From: Oscillospiraceae bacterium
GTDB lineage: Bacteria > Bacillota > Clostridia > Oscillospirales > Ruminococcaceae
Assembly: GCA_017513135.1 (NCBI GenBank)
Contig: JAFWDH010000020.1
Span: 40,965-104,964 of the forward strand
Reading direction: 5' to 3'
DNA: 64,000 nt
Position 1 is the stretch's first letter. Every line of letters starts with the position of its first letter. The notes below the pieces were generated by a model. It did not search any database. It was not told the DNA's origin and saw only the letters and a list, made by a program, of their open reading frames with translations. Made by a program: the position numbers and the translations under genes. Below are positions 30,673 to 39,077 of this stretch, piece by piece.

Positions 30673-32289
30673 TCAGTCTTCTTCCTTACCGGCAGGACTG
30701 AATCCGGGCAGGTTGCCTCTGAACTCCTCCAGAAGCTTCTTTCCTTCCCAGTGATAATTCACGATCTGCTCGGTCTCGGCTTTGAAGACCATAGTGTTCC
30801 TTTCCTTCTGGGTGTAGGGCTTCCAGCGGGGCATAGAACGGCCTGTGGGGTCGTTGGCGTTGTAAGCGAAGGCTGCCCAGGCAGAACCGCAGGTGTCGGA
30901 ACATGCATATGCCGCCGCTTTATTGGCAGCAGTATACATATAGGGGGCGAGTTCCGCATTGTCGAAGAAGAACGGTACGTCTGTGCCGTGGATGGCTTTC
31001 TGCACCGGATCCGGGCTCTCAAACGCGAATACCGCATTGTAGAGCGGGGCAGCTCCGTTGCCTTCCTTTGCTCTGGAGACATTCTCTACGAAGAGACCCT
31101 GAAACTGGTCATTGAGGATGGAAATGAAGATGTCGGCTCCGGTGGAACCTTTGTCCATGATCTCTTTGTAAGTCTTGATGAGCTGGTCGATCTGGTCGGG
31201 CGTATATCCGGCCTTGGCGAGTTCACCGGGCAGTGTCTCGTCGGTGATCTCGAAGATCTCCGGGTTGAATAGGGCGATCAGAGCCATGTCCTGCTTGGTG
31301 TAGCAGATGATAAGAGGGATGTCCTTGCAGTATTCGGAACCTTCCGCTCCGTCGAACGGGTCATACTTGATGACCTCGCCGTCCAGGACAACGGGGAAGT
31401 TGAGGTATGGACCGTCGCCTCTGGTGGCGTTGATCTCGCGCATGGCTTTGATCAGATCTTCAGGCGGGATCTTCTCCAGTTCGTCAATGTTGTCCTTCGT
31501 GATGTGCAGATGCTCCAGGAACGCATCCGTGTCCTTCTGCCCGACCTTCGGGTCGGTGGCCTGGAAGCCGCCGGACTGAATGATAGCTTTGTGGAAAAGA
31601 CCTTTTGCGGATGGCATCGTAAGCAGCTGGGCGACTTTTCCGCCGCCGCCGGATTCTCCGAAGATCGTTACATTGTCGGGATCTCCGCCGAACCAGTCGA
31701 TGTTGTCGTGTACCCATTTGAGGGCAGCGACCATGTCAAGGTTTCCGATATTGACTGAATGGGCATACTTCTCTACTCCGAGATGAGTGAGGTCCATATA
31801 TCCGAACAGGTTGAGTCTGTGTGAGACGCTCACCATGACGACGTTGTTCTTCTTCGCCATGTTGAAACCGTCCTGATGGGGGCATTCCGGGGTACCGGCA
31901 ACATTCCCGCCGCCGTGCAGCCACACCATTACAGGAAGCTTCTGTCCTTTGGTGAGAGAGGGGGTCCAGATGTTCAGCGAGAGGCAGTCCTCAGACTGGG
32001 GACCTTTGCCCATCTCCATGTTTCCGGTCACGATCTCCTGGTTGATAAGGTTGTACTTTGAGTTTGCTATTTCCGGGACTTCTATCCTGGGAGTATCGGT
32101 CTGCCAGCACTTATAGGTGTATTCCTTTGCGTCTACGATGACCGGGCTTACATCCGGCTCTACCGGAGGCTGGAAGCGGAGCTCGCCGACAGGGGCCTTG
32201 GCATATCTCACGCCGAGAAAACGGTACACACCGTCGAAATAGTCGCCGCGGATCTTGCCGTACTTGGTAAGAGCAAGAACGTCTCTCAT
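30673..32289 (-). CDS. Type-B carboxylesterase (PnbA-like)
   Basis: ...GVRYAKAPVGELRF..., WLHGGG, FGESGGGGKV nucleophile elbow. 538 aa. Confidence 0.85.
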   Translation of the reverse strand: MRDVLALTKYGKIRGDYFDGVYRFLGVRYAKAPVGELRFQPPVEPDVSPVIVDAKEYTYKCWQTDTPRIEVPEIANSKYNLINQEIVTGNMEMGKGPQSEDCLSLNIWTPSLTKGQKLPVMVWLHGGGNVAGTPECPHQDGFNMAKKNNVVMVSVSHRLNLFGYMDLTHLGVEKYAHSVNIGNLDMVAALKWVHDNIDWFGGDPDNVTIFGESGGGGKVAQLLTMPSAKGLFHKAIIQSGGFQATDPKVGQKDTDAFLEHLHITKDNIDELEKIPPEDLIKAMREINATRGDGPYLNFPVVLDGEVIKYDPFDGAEGSEYCKDIPLIICYTKQDMALIALFNPEIFEITDETLPGELAKAGYTPDQIDQLIKTYKEIMDKGSTGADIFISILNDQFQGLFVENVSRAKEGNGAAPLYNAVFAFESPDPVQKAIHGTDVPFFFDNAELAPYMYTAANKAAAYACSDTCGSAWAAFAYNANDPTGRSMPRWKPYTQKERNTMVFKAETEQIVNYHWEGKKLLEEFRGNLPGFSPAGKEED

Positions 32290-32458
32290 TTTTTATCTCC
32301 TTTTATTATTGTCCTGCAGAGGACTTAGTTACAGATGACTTGTATGAGGAGATGATCCGCATACAGGTTCTTTAGGTCATTATTATATAAAAGCACTGCC
32401 GATTCAAGTCGTTTGGCTTATCAGAGGCGGACAGACAGATCATTGTGTACAGCAGTAG

Positions 32459-32495
32459 AAAAGAAAAGGAGAAGAGCGTCGTTCTGCTCTTCTCC
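32459..32495 (-). terminator. Rho-independent terminator of the LtaS-like gene
   Basis: Minus strand: GGAGAAGAGC-(8 nt)-GCTCTTCTCC followed by TTTTCTTTTC. Confidence 0.8.
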
Positions 32496-32512
32496 TGAAA
32501 ATGGCACGGAAC

Positions 32513-34849
32513 TTATTCTTCGGATCCTTCAGGCTCAAACAGTTCCGGGGCAGGGACACCGTCATCCGGTTCCGGCTCCGGCTCAGGCTCTGTGAATACC
32601 GTATTGTCCCACACGAAGCGGTAAAAGTCTGTATCTTCTATCATCAGGCTCATAGAGTACCGGTTGTTCAGCATATTAATGTAGAACTTCTGGTAATTCT
32701 CCCTGTATTTGTCGGTGTCGTTCCGCCCGCCTGACCACTGCGCTTCACCCGTGGCGCTGTTGTAGGTCATGATGTCAGTAATGATGTTTTTGTTATACAG
32801 TGCAGCGCAATGAACCGTATTTGAGAACACGTCTCTGCCTGCTATCAACCGGGAATCAAATCTGAGGCCGAACAGATTGAGGACGGTCGGGAGGATATCT
32901 ATGTTGCAGCATGGCTCAGATACATGGATCGGTTCCTCCAACCCGCCGGTCCACATTATGCAAGTGCTCTTGTACATCTCAAAGTCGGTGTCAACAACAT
33001 GCCCGGCAAGGCTGTTCCTGTCTTCCTCATACACGTAATAAGGATAATGGTCTCCGGTGAGTACTATCAGGGTATTGTCAAGTTTTCCGGCTTCTTCGAG
33101 ACGCTGCATGAGATAGGACATGGCTTTTTCAAGCTCGTAATTGCAGGCCAGATATCCCTCGCCGATGGATGTGAGCGATCTGTCTCCGAGCAGATCCCAG
33201 ACATCATAAATGTTCCAGTTGTACATGACATTGGCATCCGTGTAAGGACCGTGTCCGCTGAATGTCATATAGTAGACGCAGAACTGGTCATCATTGATGT
33301 AGTCGTCAACGGACTGCTCCATCATCTCCAGGTCGGAGGAAGGCCAGTAGGTCGAGAACCACATTCCGTCTTCCATGAACTTGCAGTCAAAGCCGAGGTT
33401 GGGAAGCGATTCATCCCTGCAGTAGTATTCACCGAGATAGTTGTGATAGCCTCTTCCTGTCACTCCGAGCTGTTCGCTGAAGATGTTCCCTAGGCCGAAC
33501 GGCATATAATTGTCCGAACTGTTGGCAAAGCTGCCGACGGATGTCCCGAACATTGCGTCTCTTGAGACATCGGGCCAGAGTGACGTGAGGAAAGCGAATT
33601 CCCCGTTAGTCGTTGTGTTTTTGAAACTGTTATAGTAGTTGTCAAGGATTATCCCTTCGTTGGCAAGCTTGTACAGCGTAGGTGTTACATTTTCATCCAG
33701 AGCCAGCGTGGAGAAGGATTCCGCGCAGATATATATGAGGTTGTAACCCTCAAACATTCCGGTGTATTCGTTCTTCGGAGTCCCTATCACAGTGCGGAGA
33801 TAGTCGCAGAGCTCTTTTGTCTCGCTGTCCGGAGCTATCTCTGAGAGAGCCTGAAAATCTATGTCCTCGATTATATTTGGAGAGCGGTCCACAGTTACGA
33901 CAGGTTCGGCAGCCTCTTCCTCATTGAAAGATTCCGTATTCTGAGTCGGGATCTCAGCTGTTTTGAAAACTATACTGGAGAGCTCGACTATGGAGTTTGC
34001 GAATACCCCTATTTTTGACGAAGATGTGTCAGTATCTATGATGTGGCTATGGTAAGCGCCGTATACAGAGTGCTCTTCTGTTCCCCCGAGAGGAAGAGCC
34101 GAGACAGCTGCAAACCACAGCGCGGGAATCAGAATGAAGGATAAAATATGAAGAGCCTGGCTGTAATGAAGCGTCTTTTTCGTAAGCAGCCTGAAGAGAG
34201 CAAAAACAATGAGGGGAATAACGGTCATGCCGATCAGTTTGATCGACTCTCGGACAGTTTCTTTCAGTGCCCATCCGAAATTGCCGACGGCATCGCCTGC
34301 CATCCCTATCATGGAGACAGAAAACATGGATCCGAAGATGCGGAAGTATACGAACTGCGCGACATAGAAGAACCAGACCGCCGCCATCACGGTTATGGAT
34401 ACGATGCGGTCTGCCGTTCTGTTTCTGAACCATCCGCACAGAAACGTAAAGAACATCGCCTCAGCAGGCACAAATATAAGCGCCCAAAGGGAAAAGCTGT
34501 TGAATGAACCGTGTATCTGCCTGAACAGGAACAGTTCCCACAGTACGATGGATGCTGAAAAGAACAAAAATGTCAGGAACAAAACTAAAAGACCGGGTAA
34601 AGCCTTGAGGCTTCCAGTCTTTTTCTTTGCAGTTGCTGCTTTTTCTTTGGCTCGAGCGGGAACAGGAGAAGAACCCTTCTTATGATCTGACGCTGTCTGC
34701 GCCGCAGCTTTTCCGTCGCTTTCGGGAGCAGCATCAGTTTTAACTGAGACGTCATGGGTATCTGTCAACGGAAGTACAGTTACCTGGTGCTTACCGGCAG
34801 TGGCTGCCATCTTGGCTTTTTTCTTTTTTAGTCTGGAGTTTTTACTCAT
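32513..34849 (-). CDS. LTA-synthase/sulfatase-fold (alkaline-phosphatase superfamily) membrane protein
   Basis: Lys-rich N-tail, about 5 TM segments, then an extracytoplasmic sulfatase-like domain (...NLIYICAESFS..., TTNGEFAFLTS, LTGDHYPYY). The tail ends EPEPEPEPDDGVPAPELFEPEGSEE. The start is uncertain: ATG 34849 versus TTG 34867. Confidence 0.7.
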   Translation of the reverse strand: MSKNSRLKKKKAKMAATAGKHQVTVLPLTDTHDVSVKTDAAPESDGKAAAQTASDHKKGSSPVPARAKEKAATAKKKTGSLKALPGLLVLFLTFLFFSASIVLWELFLFRQIHGSFNSFSLWALIFVPAEAMFFTFLCGWFRNRTADRIVSITVMAAVWFFYVAQFVYFRIFGSMFSVSMIGMAGDAVGNFGWALKETVRESIKLIGMTVIPLIVFALFRLLTKKTLHYSQALHILSFILIPALWFAAVSALPLGGTEEHSVYGAYHSHIIDTDTSSSKIGVFANSIVELSSIVFKTAEIPTQNTESFNEEEAAEPVVTVDRSPNIIEDIDFQALSEIAPDSETKELCDYLRTVIGTPKNEYTGMFEGYNLIYICAESFSTLALDENVTPTLYKLANEGIILDNYYNSFKNTTTNGEFAFLTSLWPDVSRDAMFGTSVGSFANSSDNYMPFGLGNIFSEQLGVTGRGYHNYLGEYYCRDESLPNLGFDCKFMEDGMWFSTYWPSSDLEMMEQSVDDYINDDQFCVYYMTFSGHGPYTDANVMYNWNIYDVWDLLGDRSLTSIGEGYLACNYELEKAMSYLMQRLEEAGKLDNTLIVLTGDHYPYYVYEEDRNSLAGHVVDTDFEMYKSTCIMWTGGLEEPIHVSEPCCNIDILPTVLNLFGLRFDSRLIAGRDVFSNTVHCAALYNKNIITDIMTYNSATGEAQWSGGRNDTDKYRENYQKFYINMLNNRYSMSLMIEDTDFYRFVWDNTVFTEPEPEPEPDDGVPAPELFEPEGSEE

Positions 34850-34960
34850 GGAAAACCGTCCTGGCAAAAGGGAAAATCAGGGATCCCGTCTGTTCGCCAC
34901 GACTAATTATATGAAAAACACCTCTGCAATGCAAAACAATCCGAATGCAGAAAAACAACA

Positions 34961-34987
34961 GAAAAACGGAAGCCCTGCAGGGGCTTC
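34961..34987 (-). terminator. Rho-independent terminator of the hydrolase gene
   Basis: Minus strand: GGAAGCCC-TGCA-GGGCTTCC followed by GTTTTTC. Confidence 0.7.
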
Positions 34988-35040
34988 CGCTGAGTGCTTG
35001 TGCAATGCATGAGAGGTGGGATTGCAGACCGTCCGGGATA

Positions 35041-35868
35041 TCACTGATTGACCTTCGCGTAGACCCTCCCGGTCTCCTCCACATTCTTCAGGAAGAAACA
35101 GACTTCATGTACGGTCTCTTCGACGAACTGTGAATAAGGACCGCTGTGCCCGAACTGAGAATAGAGTATCGTCTTGCCGTGAGGTATGCACTGAGCAGTC
35201 CGCAGCATCAGGTCAGGACGGCTTATGGGATCCTCGAGACATCCTATCATCAGTGTCGGAGTCTGTATAGTCTTAAGAGCTTCCTGTACGTTTGCCTCGG
35301 TCTCGTAGTTGATCATAGGACGCCTGTAGTCCAGAGCAAGCTCTTCGGGAGCCTGCTTTGCCCTGCGCTCCCTGTCCCATGCGCCGTTGATGGCTTTTCT
35401 GCGCTCGATCGCCTCGTCGTCAGTTACCGGATCTATGGGAGGCATCTTGATCCCGGCAGCAGCCCTGCTCTTGTATGACCAGCTTCCTTCGTCAATGTTG
35501 TGGGGACCTCCTACCATAGCGACAATGGCTGTGAGACGTTCCGGATACTTCAGCGCTACATGCCAGCCTGTTCCGGCTCCGTGAGAGCAGCCCATATAGA
35601 CGAATTTGTCTATGCCCATTTTGTCGGCAAAATGAACGACGTCATCGGCGAATTTCTCAAACCAGTAGTTGCCGTAATCCTCATAAAGATGGGTCGACTC
35701 ACCTATACCGCGGTTCGTCAGAAGAAATACGTGGTAACCGTTGTTGGCCATCTCCCTTGTTGAGCAGATGGGAGGAAAATCCATCATATAGCTGATTATG
35801 TATTTATCACCGCTGCCCAGTTCCTCATAGGCTATCTCGATACCTTTTTCCACTTCTACTTTCGGCAT
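35041..35868 (-). CDS. Alpha/beta-fold hydrolase
   Basis: GCSHGAG nucleophile elbow, GCLEDPI and QFGHSG blocks. 275 aa. Confidence 0.7.
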   Translation of the reverse strand: MPKVEVEKGIEIAYEELGSGDKYIISYMMDFPPICSTREMANNGYHVFLLTNRGIGESTHLYEDYGNYWFEKFADDVVHFADKMGIDKFVYMGCSHGAGTGWHVALKYPERLTAIVAMVGGPHNIDEGSWSYKSRAAAGIKMPPIDPVTDDEAIERRKAINGAWDRERRAKQAPEELALDYRRPMINYETEANVQEALKTIQTPTLMIGCLEDPISRPDLMLRTAQCIPHGKTILYSQFGHSGPYSQFVEETVHEVCFFLKNVEETGRVYAKVNQ

Positions 35869-35924
35869 GCTCTGATCCTCCTGCTGTTTTTGCTCTAATT
35901 ATACAATCTGGTCGTTACGGATAC

Positions 35925-35950
35925 AAAAAAGCCGGAGATCTATCTCCGGC
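35925..35950 (-). terminator. Rho-independent terminator of the MFS gene
   Basis: Minus strand: GCCGGAGAT...ATCTCCGGC followed by TTTTTTGTAT. Confidence 0.75.
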
Positions 35951-35962
35951 TTCTGGAGTTTA

Positions 35963-37171
35963 TCATTCGGCCTTGGCTTTTGCCGAGCGCAGAACCGAAG
36001 GTGCGATCAGAAGGACCGCAACGAGCGTCAGAGGCGCGCAGCAGAGGTATGCAAGACGGACACCGTCCAGACCCATGCCGTTGAAAAGACCGACTAGGGC
36101 ACCGCCGCCGAAGCTTGCGATCAGGTTTCCTGCGGTGGAGAAAGGAGCTCTGAGAGCCGTCTGTACGGAGGATTTGAGATTCTCAGGAGCTTTCTCGCTG
36201 AGGAACTCGACGACCAGAGTGGCATTCGGGACCAGCATGACGCCGTTGAAGAGCATGGTGAGGGTGAGAACGACAGGGGAATGGCAGGTTCCCACTATCA
36301 GCCATCTGATGGCTCCGAGGCACAGCACGAACAGCTGGGACTTCTCGACGCCGAGCCTGCGGAAGAAACGGTTTCCGGGTCCGAAATAGAAAGGAAACTC
36401 AGACACAGCGAGTATCATGTTTCCTATTCCGACCCAGGCGTAGTCTCCGCCGAGTTCGGTCATGTAAATGCCAAAGTATGCGTGACTGAACGAGTTGCAA
36501 AGCATATAGAAGAGATACATGATGAGCACTCTCAGAACGGACTTGTCCTTGAGCAGGGCATAGACCTCCCTGATGTCATATTTCTCAGCGGCTTCGTCTT
36601 TCTTTTCCGTCTTTCCAACCTCGGGAAGGAAGAATGCGGTGATCAGGGTGAGGAGCAGAGTCCCGATGAGTATCGGGAACAGCATCTCCTTGTTCTTGTT
36701 GAGCCAGAAACCGGAAATGACCGCCATCACGGCATAGCCGATGGTCCCGCTCATCCTGATGGGACTGTAGGCGTAACCGTATCTCTTGGAACACTCCAGA
36801 GCCATGGACTCATAGAGTCCCATCATGGGCTGGTAGGTGATGTTGAACAGGATGCGCAGTATGATGACCATCATCAGAGATGTTGTCCTGGAGAATGCAT
36901 AAAGCAGGACTACAGAGATGCAAAGTATCGTGATGAGGACCTTGTTCTTGGATCTTGCGTTGTCCGTGATCACGCCGTATAGCGAAGACATGCCGAGACA
37001 TAGGACCTGTATGATCCCGTTTATGATCCCGATATACCCGGAAGGAACGCCGATCTCCGTAAGATACATAGAGATGAAGCTGCCCTGTACGACACCGAAC
37101 AGGAATATATTGAAGTAATACAGATAGAAGATATAGGGTTTTTTGAAGAAGTCTCTTTCTTTCAACGACAT
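35963..37171 (-). CDS. MFS transporter (12-TM type)
   Basis: 402 aa, hydrophobic throughout, two six-helix halves with a charged central loop (EVGKTEKKDEAAEKYD). Substrate not inferable. Confidence 0.7.
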   Translation of the reverse strand: MSLKERDFFKKPYIFYLYYFNIFLFGVVQGSFISMYLTEIGVPSGYIGIINGIIQVLCLGMSSLYGVITDNARSKNKVLITILCISVVLLYAFSRTTSLMMVIILRILFNITYQPMMGLYESMALECSKRYGYAYSPIRMSGTIGYAVMAVISGFWLNKNKEMLFPILIGTLLLTLITAFFLPEVGKTEKKDEAAEKYDIREVYALLKDKSVLRVLIMYLFYMLCNSFSHAYFGIYMTELGGDYAWVGIGNMILAVSEFPFYFGPGNRFFRRLGVEKSQLFVLCLGAIRWLIVGTCHSPVVLTLTMLFNGVMLVPNATLVVEFLSEKAPENLKSSVQTALRAPFSTAGNLIASFGGGALVGLFNGMGLDGVRLAYLCCAPLTLVAVLLIAPSVLRSAKAKAE

Positions 37172-37210
37172 TTATTTGTACCTTTATTAATCTACTGTGT
37201 GAAGCATTAA

Positions 37211-37239
37211 GAAAAGGAACCCGGTGTGCGCCGGGTTCC
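37211..37239 (-). terminator. Rho-independent terminator of pckA
   Basis: Minus strand: GGAACCCGG-(6 nt)-CCGGGTTCC followed by TTTTC. Confidence 0.75.
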
Positions 37240-37262
37240 GTAGTTTACTGAACGATCTCGGA

Positions 37263-38867
37263 TCAGAGCTGGGGACCAGCTGCTACGAGAGCCTTGCCGG
37301 CTTCGTTGTACTCGTACTTGACGAAGTTCTTCTGGAATCTCTCTGCAAGGTCCTTTGCCTTCTCGTCCCAGACAGCGGGATCTGCGTATGTGTCGCGCGG
37401 ATCGAGGATGCTGCTGTCGACGCCGGGGAGCTCTGTGGGAACTTCCAGGTTGAAGATCGGGATCATCTTGGTGGGAGCTTTGTTCACGTCGCCGTTCAGG
37501 ATCGCGTCGATGATGCCGCGGGTGTCCTTGATGGAGATGCGCTTGCCGCTTCCGTTCCAGCCGGTGTTGACCAGGTAGGCCTTAGCGCCGACCTTCTGCA
37601 TCTTTCTGACCAGCTCCTCACCGTATTTGGTAGGATGCAGCTCCAGGAATGCCTGACCGAAGCATGCGGAGAAGGTGGGGGTGGGCTCGGTGATGCCGCG
37701 CTCTGTTCCGGCGAGCTTTGCCGTGAATCCGGACAGGAAGTAGTACTGTGTCTGCTCCGGAGTCAGGATGGAAACGGGAGGAAGTACACCGAATGCGTCT
37801 GCAGACAGGAAGATGACGTTTTCGGCGTCAGGACCTGCGGAGACGGGACGGACGATATTCTTGATGTGGTCAATGGGGTAGGAGACACGGGTGTTCTCCG
37901 TGACGCTCTTGTCCGCGAAATCAAGTACTCCGTTTGAATCTACCGTTACGTTCTCCAGAAGAGCATTGCGGCGGATCGCGTTGTAGATATCGGGCTCTGA
38001 CTCCTTGTCGAGGTTGATGACCTTGGCATAGCAGCCGCCTTCGAAGTTAAAGATACCGTTATCATCCCAGCCGTGCTCGTCATCGCCGATGAGGAGGCGC
38101 TTGGGGTCGGTGGAAAGTGTGGTCTTTCCTGTGCCGGAAAGCCCGAAGAAGAGAGCGGTGTTCTTGCCTTCCATATCCGTGTTGGCGGAGCAGTGCATGG
38201 AGGCGATGCCTTTGAGAGGCAGATAGTAGTTCATCATTGAGAACATGCCCTTCTTCATCTCGCCGCCGTACCAGGTGTTGAGAATGACCTGCTCACGGCT
38301 GGTGATGTTGAAGACTATGGCAGTCTCGGAATTGAGACCGAGTTCCTTATAGTTATCGACCTTAGCAAGAGAAGCTGTATAGACAACAAAGTCGGGCTCG
38401 AAGTTCGCAAGTTCCTCGGCAGAGGGCTTGATGAACATGTTTTCAACGAAATGGGCCTGCCAGGCAACTTCCATAAAGAAACGGACAGCCATTCTGGTGT
38501 CCTTGTTCGCGCCGCAGAATGCGTCGACTACGAAAAGTCTCTTGTTGGAGAGTTCTTCCTGCGCAAGCTTCTTGACAGCAGCCCAGGTCTCTTCAGATGC
38601 GGGATGGTTGTCATTGGGATACTCGGGTGTCGTCCACCATACTGTATCCTTTGAGTTTTCATCCATAACGATGAATTTGTCTTTGGGTGAGCGGCCGGTG
38701 TAGATGCCGGTCATAACGTTGACGGCGTCAAGCTCCGTAAGCTGGCCCTTCTCATATCCGGTGAGTTCGGGCTTCATTTCTTCCTCGAAGAGAACTTCAT
38801 AGGAAGGGTTGTGCAGGATCTCGGTGGTGCCGTGGATCCCGTACTTGGTAAGGTCAAGTTCTGCCAT
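37263..38867 (-). CDS. pckA: Phosphoenolpyruvate carboxykinase (ATP)
   Basis: ...[11 protein letters not shown]...[13 protein letters not shown]...; kinase-1a [13 protein letters not shown]; ...IGDDEHGW... Confidence 0.95.
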   Translation of the reverse strand: MAELDLTKYGIHGTTEILHNPSYEVLFEEEMKPELTGYEKGQLTELDAVNVMTGIYTGRSPKDKFIVMDENSKDTVWWTTPEYPNDNHPASEETWAAVKKLAQEELSNKRLFVVDAFCGANKDTRMAVRFFMEVAWQAHFVENMFIKPSAEELANFEPDFVVYTASLAKVDNYKELGLNSETAIVFNITSREQVILNTWYGGEMKKGMFSMMNYYLPLKGIASMHCSANTDMEGKNTALFFGLSGTGKTTLSTDPKRLLIGDDEHGWDDNGIFNFEGGCYAKVINLDKESEPDIYNAIRRNALLENVTVDSNGVLDFADKSVTENTRVSYPIDHIKNIVRPVSAGPDAENVIFLSADAFGVLPPVSILTPEQTQYYFLSGFTAKLAGTERGITEPTPTFSACFGQAFLELHPTKYGEELVRKMQKVGAKAYLVNTGWNGSGKRISIKDTRGIIDAILNGDVNKAPTKMIPIFNLEVPTELPGVDSSILDPRDTYADPAVWDEKAKDLAERFQKNFVKYEYNEAGKALVAAGPQL

Positions 38868-38959
38868 TTCTCATGCTCCTTCTTTATATTGTGAAACAAT
38901 GATAACTGTTTTTTGCGGGCGACCATGGGCTAAAAAAGGCCCCTTCTCGCTCATAATAA

Positions 38960-38988
38960 ATATTAGTATCAACAGAGTGCGATGTCAA
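38960..38988 (-). promoter_or_regulatory. Sigma-A-type promoter for pckA
   Basis: Minus strand: TTGACA, 17 nt, TAATAT, about 90 nt upstream of the pckA ATG. Confidence 0.6.
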
Positions 38989-39022
38989 TGAATAGGAGCG
39001 GACGGGATCGTTCATACGGAGA

Positions 39023-39060
39023 TAAAAAGCACACCGGATGCCATCCGCATCCGGTGTGCT
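39023..39060 (-). terminator. Rho-independent terminator of mgtA
   Basis: Minus strand: AGCACACCGGATG-(7 nt)-CATCCGGTGTGCT followed by TTTTTATC. Confidence 0.85.
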
Positions 39061-39077
39061 GCGTGATATCTGTCTGT

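Noticed and set aside
38880-38920. Possible catabolite-responsive element (cre) near the pckA start (TGTGAAACAATGATAAC).
   Set aside because: It lacks the central CG and the symmetry of the cre consensus (TGWAANCGNTNWCA). The match is too weak to call.
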